Assembly: GCA_028275885.1 (NCBI GenBank)
Contig: JAPWTW010000009.1
Coordinates: 1 to 13,944 of the forward strand
DNA length: 13,944 nt
DNA from: Candidatus Nanopusillus sp.
Lineage (GTDB): Archaea > Nanobdellota > Nanobdellia > Nanobdellales > Nanobdellaceae
Reading direction: 5' to 3'
The position numbers and the translations under genes were made by a program. The notes under the pieces are model-generated. The model searched no databases. It had not been told where the DNA came from and saw only the letters and a list, made by a program, of their open reading frames with translations. Position 1 is the first letter of the stretch; each line of letters opens with the position of its first letter. Below are positions 1-6,864 of this stretch, one piece after another.

Positions 1-2
1 CA

Positions 3-800
3 TTCCATGTAAATGTAACTTTCTATAACGACTATGGCAATTCAAGAGTTTCTAATATTACAGTGTCATTAAATTGTAGTAGTGCTGGTAGTGGATTTAG
101 TTTAAATATTCCATTTAGTTTGGTAACAATTGGAAGTAATACATATGCATACTTAGATAATAATGGTGTATATGTAGTAGAAACTACATCCTCATCATCT
201 AACCCAACAATACAATTATATGCACCATCACAACCATTGACAATTAATGTAGGATTGGTACCAACAGGATCTACATTACCATCTTCAACAACACAAACAT
301 CAACTCAACAAACAGTAACACAAACAGTAACAGTACCAGTACCAACTCCAACAGCATTGATTGGAAAAGTAATATTAGATTCACAAGTAACACCAACAAT
401 GAGTAATTTAGTATTAGTAGGAGGTCCGGCAGTAAACACATTAACAGCACAAGCAGTAATACAATATGTATCACAAATGAATTCAGCATTAGGTCAACAA
501 TTAGCATCATATGCTAATAGTCATAATGGATATGTATATGGTTCAGAATTACAACCAGTATTACAACAATTAGGAATACCATTTGGACCAGGTATGGCAT
601 TAATAATGTCATCAACACTATATCCAAACACATTAGTAATATTCGGATGGTCAGGAGATGACACAACACAAGCAACACAATTATTCGCAAATTACTTAGT
701 AAATGGAGTAAGTGCAAATGTATTTGATAGTGCAACAGTAGTAGGAGTAAATACACAACAAACAGTAAGCGGATATCCATCAGCAACAAAACTACAGTAA
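3..800 (+). CDS. S-layer-type surface (glyco)protein, C-terminal part; 5' end lies outside the window
   Basis: The frame is open from nt 3, with no stop before the GTG at 63. The peptide starting at 63 has no signal-peptide character, so the gene continues upstream. Motifs LVLVGGPAVNTLTAQ and VIFGWSGDDTTQATQLF resemble the conserved VGGP-x-xN and G-x-x-x-(D/E)DT-x-x-A blocks of the archaeal MJ0822-type S-layer family (recalled, not searched). It has a Thr/Gln/Ser/Pro linker (TTQTSTQQTVTQTVTVPVPTPT) and N-x-S/T sequons (NVT, NIT, NCS). A TAA stop is followed by T5 tracts. Confidence 0.6.
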   Translation, partial: FHVNVTFYNDYGNSRVSNITVSLNCSSAGSGFSLNIPFSLVTIGSNTYAYLDNNGVYVVETTSSSSNPTIQLYAPSQPLTINVGLVPTGSTLPSSTTQTSTQQTVTQTVTVPVPTPTALIGKVILDSQVTPTMSNLVLVGGPAVNTLTAQAVIQYVSQMNSALGQQLASYANSHNGYVYGSELQPVLQQLGIPFGPGMALIMSSTLYPNTLVIFGWSGDDTTQATQLFANYLVNGVSANVFDSATVVGVNTQQTVSGYPSATKLQ

Positions 801-804
801 AGGC

Positions 805-826
805 TTTTTCCTAACTTTTTCTTTTT
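805..826 (+). terminator. Oligo-T archaeal termination signal after the surface-protein gene
   Basis: Three T5 tracts (805-809, 816-820, 822-826) lie directly downstream of the TAA at 798-800. Archaeal RNAP terminates at oligo-T runs. Confidence 0.4.
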
Positions 827-848
827 CAAGATTTTATATTTCTATTTT

Positions 849-944
849 ATGGATGAAGACATAAAAGAAGCCATCAAAGATTTTATAATATTAATCATAT
901 CATTAGGGTTAGTAATTTTTGCATATTGGTTATCACTTTTATAA
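849..944 (+). CDS. Possible 31-aa single-pass membrane micro-protein
   Basis: ATG 849 to TAA 942-944 encodes MDEDIKEAIKDFIILIISLGLVIFAYWLSLL, an acidic head plus one hydrophobic helix. It is below the ORF-track cutoff and I recognise no homology. The only support is that it stays open in stop-rich AT DNA and has a clean TM segment. Confidence 0.25.
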   Translation: MDEDIKEAIKDFIILIISLGLVIFAYWLSLL

Positions 945-969
945 ATATTATCTTATAAATCATTTATAA

Positions 970-1761
970 ATGGATATTGATTTTGAAGAGAATATTACAG
1001 ATTATATTAGAAAAATTATAAAGGAAAATTATAGGATTGATAAAAGAGGTTTGCTAGAATATAGAGATATAAAAATAATAAAAAATTATGTAAAGAATGC
1101 AGAGGGATCTTGTTATTTAGAACTTGGAAAAACAAAAATTTTAGCAGGAGTAAAATTAGAAATATCAGAACCGTTTCAAGATAATGAAGATTCAGGTATA
1201 CTAGTAACAACAGTAAATTTATCCCCAGTTTCTGATATTAATGTTGATTTAGGACCTACGGGAGAATCTATAGAATATTCAAGAATTGTAGATAGAGTAT
1301 TGAGAGAATCTAGATTTATTAATGATAAAGAATTGGTAATAGAGCCAGGTAAATATGTATGGTCTGTATTATTAGATATATATGTATTAAATAATGATGG
1401 GAATATAGTTGATGCATCAACTTTAGCATCTGTATGTGCATTAATGAATACACAATTTCCAGAATTGATTAAAGAAAATGGAGAATATAAGATAAATCCA
1501 AAAAATAAAACAAATAAGAAATTACCATTAAATAAAAATATTCCAGTAATGGTTTCATTTGCAAAAATTGATGATAAATTTGTTGTAGATCCAAATAAAT
1601 ATGAAGAGGAAGCTGCAGACATGATTATACATATTGGGTTATCAGATAAAATAAATGCATTACAAACAAGAAAATCAGGTTCAATATCTTTAGAAGAATT
1701 TAATAATTTATTATCAGAAGCAGAAAAATTTAGAGACTATTTATTAAAGAAAATACAATGA
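970..1761 (+). CDS. rrp42: Exosome complex component Rrp42 (RNase PH-like, non-catalytic subunit)
   Basis: 263 aa. N-terminal R-x-D-x-R-x-x-x-EYR (YRIDKRGLLEYRDIKI), AEGSCYLELGKTKILAGVKLEISEPF, and GPTGESIEYSRIVDRVLRES...VWSVLLDIYVLNNDGNIVDASTLASVCALMNTQFP match the Rrp42 pattern and length rather than Rrp41. A TATA-like TTTATAAAT at 938-946 lies about 28 bp upstream of the ATG. Confidence 0.8.
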   Translation: MDIDFEENITDYIRKIIKENYRIDKRGLLEYRDIKIIKNYVKNAEGSCYLELGKTKILAGVKLEISEPFQDNEDSGILVTTVNLSPVSDINVDLGPTGESIEYSRIVDRVLRESRFINDKELVIEPGKYVWSVLLDIYVLNNDGNIVDASTLASVCALMNTQFPELIKENGEYKINPKNKTNKKLPLNKNIPVMVSFAKIDDKFVVDPNKYEEEAADMIIHIGLSDKINALQTRKSGSISLEEFNNLLSEAEKFRDYLLKKIQ

Positions 1762-1958
1762 ATAATATTTCTAAGTTTGCTTTGGCTAGATTAATTGGTG
1801 CAAGAGCATTACAAATTGCAATGGGAGCTCCAATTATGGTAAAATTATCTAAAGAAGATTTGGAAAGAATAAAATATAATCCTGTAAAAATTGCTGAGAT
1901 AGAATATGAAAAGGGTGTCTTACCATTAAAGGCAGTTTTTAAGAAAATTAAACCGTAA
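1758..1958 (+). CDS. rpoK: DNA-directed RNA polymerase subunit K / Rpo6 (omega/RPB6 homolog)
   Basis: 66 aa. FALARLIGARALQIAMGAPIMV is the RpoK/RPB6 signature. The start overlaps the rrp42 stop in ATGA (1758-1761), which implies translational coupling. Confidence 0.8.
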   Translation: MNNISKFALARLIGARALQIAMGAPIMVKLSKEDLERIKYNPVKIAEIEYEKGVLPLKAVFKKIKP

Positions 1959-2424
1959 TATCATATACTTCATATTCCATAATTTTAAGTAAATCTCTTT
2001 TTGAAATTCTTAATAGATGATAATGTGATCCACCTCCACAATATATTATTTGATTATCATCTAATTCTATTACTTTTTTATCAACAATTGTTTTTATCTT
2101 TTGCTTTAAACCAATAGGTGGGACAGAACCAATGTCATATCCAGTAATTTCTTTTACTTCTTTTGCTTTTGCTAATCTTACTTCATTGCAATTAAAATAT
2201 TTCTTTATTTTATTTAAATCAATCATATCCTTTCCCAATAAAAAACATAATAAAGGTTTATTATCACAAATTAATATAATACTCTTTGCAACAATTCCAT
2301 CAGTATGTTCTTCAGCATTTTTTGCAGACATAACAGGTTTTTCATATTTAATAATTTGAAATGATACACCTAGCTTATTCAAATAATTTTCTAAATATTT
2401 TTCATTTAACAAATAATTTTTCAT
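1948..2424 (-). CDS. YbaK/ProX-type aminoacyl-tRNA trans-editing deacylase domain protein
   Basis: 158 aa. The pattern K-S-I-I-L...LLGKDMIDLNKIKKYF...LAKAKEVKEITGYDIGSVPPIG...IYCGGGSHYHLLRISKRDL matches the YbaK/prolyl-tRNA synthetase-associated editing domain family. Its 3' end overlaps the rpoK 3' end by 11 bp (1948-1958, convergent). Confidence 0.65.
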   Translation of the reverse strand: MKNYLLNEKYLENYLNKLGVSFQIIKYEKPVMSAKNAEEHTDGIVAKSIILICDNKPLLCFLLGKDMIDLNKIKKYFNCNEVRLAKAKEVKEITGYDIGSVPPIGLKQKIKTIVDKKVIELDDNQIIYCGGGSHYHLLRISKRDLLKIMEYEVYDITV

Positions 2425-2475
2425 AAAATATATTTTATTATAGCATTAATAGATTTTTATCTAAAAATAAATAAT

Positions 2476-3252
2476 CTAAATGTTAGATGCTATATATGCT
2501 TGTAATGCTATATGTTTAGAAACCCTCATTCCAAGTTGTGTTAATGTGTATCTTTTTATGCGGGATTTTATCCTTTCAACCTTTTTAATTAACCCATATT
2601 TGAGTAATGGTCTAAATGGGAACCCCCTTAAATATAATCCCATTTTTTCTAAGTTTCTTATAATAGATCTTTCACTTGTATAGTAGTTTTTACATTGTTC
2701 GTTTGTTTTACATGATAAAGTGCCTTTATATAACATCAATAATGGCACTATATACCGTGTGCCTAAAATTGCTTGAGTAAAACTTTTTGGTTTGTTGACA
2801 AATAATATTTCTATAAGGGGATCTATATTTCCTGTTGGTTTAGGAAAATCATGTTTGCTAAGAAGTTTTAATAAACTATCTAAGCCTATATTTGTAATGT
2901 AATACATATCAATATCTTTAATATCAATTCTATAAGAATCTCTTAAAAAGTCATCAATAGTATCCTTTTCCTTATGAAATCTTTCATATATGTTTTTTCC
3001 TTCAGATGTAACTATACAATATTCATTATTATAACATCTTAGCAATCCAATATCATTCAATATACTTATTTTGCCTTCATAAACGGAGGATAGTGATATT
3101 ACTCCATTTCTTTTTCCTAATATATACAAAATTCCTCTAACAGGACTATATTTTTCCTCTAATTTTGATAAAATCGATGTTTCACTCTTATAAGACTCTA
3201 TAGCAAGTTTTAGTGCCACATTTGGTAAATAATATGGTGACTTTCTCTCCAT
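2476..3252 (-). CDS. Uncharacterised protein, predicted tandem winged-helix (wHTH x2) architecture; paralog A
   Basis: 258-aa ORF in stop-rich DNA. The C-terminal half (IVPLLMLYKG...SERSIIRNLEKMG...LLKYGLIKKVERIKSRIKRYTLTQLGMRVSKHI) follows the PadR/MarR-like wHTH pattern L-x-x-L...L-x-x-L-x-x-x-G-L-I...R-x-Y-x-L-T-x-x-G. The N-terminal half has a second, weaker copy (GILYILGKRNGVISLSSV...IGLLRCYNNEYCIVTSEGKNI). It is clearly paralogous to the next gene. Ends in TAG. Confidence 0.55.
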   Translation of the reverse strand: MERKSPYYLPNVALKLAIESYKSETSILSKLEEKYSPVRGILYILGKRNGVISLSSVYEGKISILNDIGLLRCYNNEYCIVTSEGKNIYERFHKEKDTIDDFLRDSYRIDIKDIDMYYITNIGLDSLLKLLSKHDFPKPTGNIDPLIEILFVNKPKSFTQAILGTRYIVPLLMLYKGTLSCKTNEQCKNYYTSERSIIRNLEKMGLYLRGFPFRPLLKYGLIKKVERIKSRIKRYTLTQLGMRVSKHIALQAYIASNI

Positions 3253-3356
3253 AGTAGTAGTTATTATATAGTAAAAAATAAAAATATATCATAACATACT
3301 TCATTTACAATTAAAAATTTTTCAGTTGAAATTGATGTTTAGATATTATTGGGGTT

Positions 3357-4106
3357 TTATATTCTCTTCAAATATCTATATACTGTTATTAGATTTTTTA
3401 TTATATATTTTGAAACATTATATCCATATTCAGTTAATTTATATCTATAATTCTCCTCATTACCTCTTAGCTTTACAAGATTATATATTGATAAATATTT
3501 AGCATCAATCTTTCTTCCAAATTTATTATAACAATCTATGGATAAGTTATTATGTAGATAATATCTAATATCTTTTAGTGATAATGCCCAATTCCTGCAT
3601 TTATTACACTTATTTTCCCCATTATATAGAACTAATAATACAATTCCATGTCTTCCGATAAGTTTTGGGGTTAAGGCTGGTTTATTATAATTTTCATATA
3701 TTACTTGAAAAATTGGATAGAAATGATACCTATTTGAACTATCACTTACAATTAATTCATTGCATAACATTTTCAAAATTTTATCTAAATTTAAATTTCT
3801 ATGATCTATATCATAATAATATTTGCTGTATATATCTATTTCTTTTTCAAGTTTTCTAGCGATATCTTTACCAATTTTCGACAAAATATATGTATTTTCA
3901 AGAATATACAGTATTCTTTTTTTATGAAGAACATTGATATATCTACTATTATTTATATTAAGTTTAGAATTGGGAGATTTATACAATTTTATAATTATAC
4001 GTAACATGTTTTCTTTTTCTACTGCAGCTTCTATTATTGGAATATTTTTAGAATATCCATATAATATTAACGATAATAATTCAGAATCTAATATGGAGAG
4101 CACCAT
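3357..4106 (-). CDS. Uncharacterised protein, predicted tandem winged-helix architecture; paralog B
   Basis: 249 aa. It aligns by eye with paralog A over the full length: RILYILEN/GILYILGK; LDKILKMLCNE/LDSLLKLLSKH; LIGRHGIVLLVLYNGENKC/ILGTRYIVPLLMLYKGTLSC; YRYKLTEYGYNVSKYI/KRYTLTQLGMRVSKHI. Confidence 0.55.
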   Translation of the reverse strand: MVLSILDSELLSLILYGYSKNIPIIEAAVEKENMLRIIIKLYKSPNSKLNINNSRYINVLHKKRILYILENTYILSKIGKDIARKLEKEIDIYSKYYYDIDHRNLNLDKILKMLCNELIVSDSSNRYHFYPIFQVIYENYNKPALTPKLIGRHGIVLLVLYNGENKCNKCRNWALSLKDIRYYLHNNLSIDCYNKFGRKIDAKYLSIYNLVKLRGNEENYRYKLTEYGYNVSKYIIKNLITVYRYLKRI

Positions 4107-4201
4107 TTTTTAAGAATAAATTTTGATCAATATATTGAATGTTTGTGCTATATTATGATTATCCATACAATCACATTCTTATAGGTAAAAATTATAAATT
4201 T

Positions 4202-4274
4202 TGGGACCGCGGGGATTTGAACCCCGGACCTCCGCCTAGTCAGGGCGGCATCATAACCACTAGACTACGGTCCC
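4202..4274 (-). tRNA. tRNA-Val (anticodon GAC), no intron, CCA not encoded
   Basis: The reverse complement reads GGGACCG TA GTCT AGTGGTTA TGAT G CCGCC CTGACTA GGCGG AGGTC CGGGG TTCAAAT CCCCG CGGTCCC A. It has a 7-bp acceptor stem, a 5-bp all-GC anticodon stem, a 5-bp all-GC T stem, a TTCAAAT T-loop and a 5-nt variable loop. The anticodon loop is C-U-G-A-C-U-A, giving GAC. The D stem is weak (G-U, U-A, C-G plus a U-U). Confidence 0.9.
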
Positions 4275-4640
4275 TTATATATTTTCTAATTTTTTCATTA
4301 ATTTTATTGTCTTTTCTATATGTTTTTTTATCATTATTCTTTTTTTAATTATTTTCTTAAATATTGATAGGGTATTTCTTAAGCTTTTTCTATAGATCTT
4401 CATATACTTATTTAACATTTTATTATAGTTATTATTGCTATATGTGCCTATATTTCTAGTAAATTCATCTAAAAAATTATATAAATTGTTCTCATATTCA
4501 AACATATTTGCATATTCTCTATCAAATTTTTTTATATATTTATTATCTTCCTTTTTTAGTCTATAAATTTCATTTAAATTTTTAACAATTTCTTCATATA
4601 TTTTTTCTTCCTTTGATGAAATTTCTTTATCCTTCTTCAT
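4275..4640 (-). CDS. Hypothetical Lys/Asn/Tyr-rich, probably helical protein (121 aa)
   Basis: A 121-codon open frame is very unlikely by chance in this AT-rich DNA. No domain recognised. It is co-oriented with acyP upstream, and its TAA stop (4275-4277) directly abuts the 5' end of the tRNA. Confidence 0.5.
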   Translation of the reverse strand: MKKDKEISSKEEKIYEEIVKNLNEIYRLKKEDNKYIKKFDREYANMFEYENNLYNFLDEFTRNIGTYSNNNYNKMLNKYMKIYRKSLRNTLSIFKKIIKKRIMIKKHIEKTIKLMKKLENI

Positions 4641-4672
4641 AATTATATAGAAATCTCTGTATTATATAAAGT

Positions 4673-4942
4673 TTATCTTATTATTCTAAAATCTTGATAG
4701 TTATTAATTTCTATTTCTTTTATATCAATTTTATCAACTCTAGCTCTTTCAGGTCCTCTTTTACATAATTCAATCATCTTATTTATATTATCTTCACCCC
4801 CCTCAAAAACAGCTTCTACAGTTCCATCAGGATTGTTTTTCACATATCCTCTAATATTTAATTTCTTAGCATGTAAAAATACAAAATTCCTAAATCCAAC
4901 ACCCTGAACTTTTCCATATATAATTACCTTTATAGCTTTCAT
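4673..4942 (-). CDS. acyP: Acylphosphatase
   Basis: 89 aa. IYGKVQGVGFRNFV...AKKLNIRGYVKNNPDGTVEAVFEG is the classical acylphosphatase signature (V-x-G-x-V-Q-G-V-x-F-R ... G-W-V-x-N-x-x-D-G-x-V). Confidence 0.85.
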   Translation of the reverse strand: MKAIKVIIYGKVQGVGFRNFVFLHAKKLNIRGYVKNNPDGTVEAVFEGGEDNINKMIELCKRGPERARVDKIDIKEIEINNYQDFRIIR

Positions 4943-4994
4943 TCTTTATCATTTATAAATATTTTTAAATATCTAATATTGATGGAAAGCCGGA

Positions 4995-6347
4995 ATGAGT
5001 GAATTTATGATGAAAACTTTATTTATAAAAGATATTTTGAAAGAAGATTTTTTAGGTAAGGAGGTTAGTATAAAAGGGTGGGTTTATAGAATGAGAGATA
5101 TGAAAGATAAAATTTTCTTTGTAATAAGGGATTCTACAGGAATAATACAAGCTGTTGTAAAAAAAGAAAATGTTGATCAAAAAACATGGAAAGATGCAAC
5201 AAAATTTCAAATTGAAGGTTCTTTAGAAGTAAAAGGAATATTAAGAAAGGATGAAAGGGCACCTGGAGGATATGAAATAGAAGTAAAGGAAATAAAAGTA
5301 TATGATTATGGAAAACCGTTTCCATTAAAGGGGGATGAGGATGTAGATACAATACAGAAGTATAGGCATTTATGGATAAGAACTAGGTGGTTTACAGATG
5401 TATTAAAAATAAAACATAGTTTAATTGTAAATCTTAGAGAATGGTTTATAAAGGATGATTGGTATGAAGTAACTCCAGCAATATTGGTTGGAAATGCTGC
5501 AGAAAATACTACAGAATTATTTGAAGTAAAATATTTTGAAGATAAGGCATATTTATCACAATCTGCGCAATTATATTTAGAAGCATTAATATTCTCATTA
5601 GAAAAGGTTTATTCATTAACACCATCATTTAGGGCAGAATTATCTAGGACAAAGAGGCATTTACATGAATATTGGCATTTTGAAATTGAGGCTGCATGGT
5701 ATCATTTGGAGGATATTATTAAGGTTATGGAAGAATCATTAAAATATTCGATTGAAAAAACAATTGAGGAAAGAAAATCTGAATTTGAGGAACTAAAAAA
5801 TATTACTGGAAGAGATATAAATGAATTAAAACAATTTGTTGAAAAACCATGGAAGGTTATTACATATAAAGATGCAATAAAGAAATTACAGGATCTAGGA
5901 GTTAATATAAAATATGGAGATGATCTTGGATCTGATGAAGAAAGATTATTAACAGAACAATTTGATGTGCCAGTATTTGTTACATATTATCCAAGAGAAG
6001 TAAAAGCATTTTATATGTATGAAACTGGGGATGGAACTGTAAAGAACTTTGATTTGCTTGCCCCAGAAGGATATGGGGAAATAATTGGAGGATCTGAAAG
6101 AGAATGGAGGTATGATATATTACATAAAAAGATTGAAGAATGGGGATTAGATAAATTAAAGGTTAAGGTTGGAAATGAGGAAATAAGTGCATATGGATGG
6201 TATGAAGATTTAAGAAAATATGGATCTGTTCCGCATTCTGGAATGGGATTGGGTATTGAGAGATTCTTAAGATGGGTATGTAAATTAGATCATATTAGGG
6301 ATACACAACCATTCCCAAGATTAAGGGGTAGCTGGCTATATCCATAA
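4995..6347 (+). CDS. asnS: Asparaginyl-tRNA synthetase (class IIb)
   Basis: 450 aa. It has an N-terminal OB-fold anticodon-binding region (VSIKGWVYRMRDMKDKIFFVIRDSTG). Motif 2 region is FRAELSRTKRHLHEYWHFEIEAAW; the S-x-T-x-RHL-x-E-(F/Y)-W pattern is AsnRS-type rather than AspRS-type. Then GGSEREWRYD and motif 3 GMGLGIERFLRWVCKLDHIRDTQPFPR. The start could also be ATG 5007 or 5010. Confidence 0.85.
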   Translation: MSEFMMKTLFIKDILKEDFLGKEVSIKGWVYRMRDMKDKIFFVIRDSTGIIQAVVKKENVDQKTWKDATKFQIEGSLEVKGILRKDERAPGGYEIEVKEIKVYDYGKPFPLKGDEDVDTIQKYRHLWIRTRWFTDVLKIKHSLIVNLREWFIKDDWYEVTPAILVGNAAENTTELFEVKYFEDKAYLSQSAQLYLEALIFSLEKVYSLTPSFRAELSRTKRHLHEYWHFEIEAAWYHLEDIIKVMEESLKYSIEKTIEERKSEFEELKNITGRDINELKQFVEKPWKVITYKDAIKKLQDLGVNIKYGDDLGSDEERLLTEQFDVPVFVTYYPREVKAFYMYETGDGTVKNFDLLAPEGYGEIIGGSEREWRYDILHKKIEEWGLDKLKVKVGNEEISAYGWYEDLRKYGSVPHSGMGLGIERFLRWVCKLDHIRDTQPFPRLRGSWLYP

Positions 6348-6351
6348 TTTT

Positions 6352-6783
6352 TTATCTATAGATCATTTTTATTCCTAAAAGTTCTAATATTAATTTTTGA
6401 TGATTTTTTATAAAACTTTCAGCATGTTTTATTATTTTTCCATAAGCTTTTTCATGATGATCTATTCCCCAAACAACAATTGTATGTGTATTGTTAAATA
6501 TAGAAAATATAATCCTTATATCTTTATTTACTCTATCCGAAAATAGAGGAATTGTCAAATTTCCTACTTTTACTGTTCCATTTAATTTTTCTATTTTTCC
6601 TCTAAGTTCTCTTAAAGATTCCATTCTATCAAAAATTATTTTATATTGATTGTTTAATTCTTTTTTAAGATCTTTTGTCCATTCTTCTAAAAACTTTATA
6701 TTATTTTTAATTTTTTCATAATCTATTAAATCATTAACGAATAATATAAAAATTCTGTATGTTCTATGAAGTAATATTGCCAT
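6352..6783 (-). CDS. Hypothetical protein with RelE/ParE-superfamily-like toxin pattern (functional call tentative)
   Basis: 143 aa. EKLNGTVKVGNLTIPLFSDRVNKDIRIIFSIFNNTHTIVVWGIDHHEKAYGK follows the RelE/ParE C-terminal pattern (L-x-G...R-x-x-x-D-[YI]-R-[IV]-I-[YF]-x-[IV]...[IV]-x-[IV]-x-x-[IV]-x-H-[RH]-x-x-[AV]-Y), as recalled for archaeal aRelE. The N-terminus TYRIFI...FLEEWTKDLKKEL resembles the first strand plus helix. It is longer than canonical toxins (about 90 aa), with an internal coiled-coil-like insert and a 30-aa C-terminal extension. Confidence 0.4.
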   Translation of the reverse strand: MAILLHRTYRIFILFVNDLIDYEKIKNNIKFLEEWTKDLKKELNNQYKIIFDRMESLRELRGKIEKLNGTVKVGNLTIPLFSDRVNKDIRIIFSIFNNTHTIVVWGIDHHEKAYGKIIKHAESFIKNHQKLILELLGIKMIYR

Positions 6784-6864
6784 ATTAAAAAAATGTTCTT
6801 ATGTATCTATGAATTTTAAATATTATATAAAAATTTTTAAATATTTCCATAATAATTGTTCTTT

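Noticed and set aside
271-789. Two minus-strand ORFs (79 and 91 aa) antisense to the surface-protein gene
   Set aside because: They are Leu/Val/Ile/His-only low-complexity translations of the complement of a strongly A-ending codon-biased gene. The sense frame has recognisable S-layer motifs.
1016-1622. Minus-strand ORFs of 64 and 148 aa inside rrp42
   Set aside because: They are antisense to a confidently identified Rrp42 frame and have no motifs. The open antisense frame is a by-product of codon bias.
2132-4004. Plus-strand ORFs 2132-2359, 2480-2683, 3665-3859 and 3801-4004
   Set aside because: All lie fully inside longer minus-strand genes with better coding character (YbaK-like and the two paralogs). 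Their translations are Phe/Ile/Leu/Tyr low complexity.
4127-4138. 12-bp perfect palindrome TCAATATATTGA upstream of paralog B as a standalone regulatory feature
   Set aside because: All-A/T-centred palindromes of this size are expected fairly often in DNA this AT-rich, and it overlaps a TATA-like ATATAT. It is noted inside the paralog finding but not called as a feature.
4139-4348. 69-aa plus-strand ORF (…WDRGDLNPGPPPSQGGIITTRLRS…)
   Set aside because: Its only non-low-complexity part is the reverse complement of the tRNA-Val gene, a GC-rich island that keeps the frame open. It is a classic tRNA shadow ORF.
2476-4640. Integrated element or genomic island at tRNA-Val (hypothetical genes flanking a tRNA)
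   Set aside because: I see no integrase or recombinase, and by eye no second copy of the GC-rich tRNA 3' half that would mark an att site. There is also no compositional break. Adjacency to a tRNA alone is insufficient.
5134-5352. 72-aa minus-strand ORF inside asnS
   Set aside because: It is antisense to a confidently identified AsnRS and has a Leu/Phe/His-rich low-complexity translation.
6785-6850. 21-codon minus-strand ORF (MEIFKNFYIIFKIHRYIRTFF) immediately upstream of the RelE-like gene as a mini-antitoxin
   Set aside because: It is too short and hydrophobic for any known antitoxin fold. It fills the whole divergent promoter spacer, leaving no room for a promoter.
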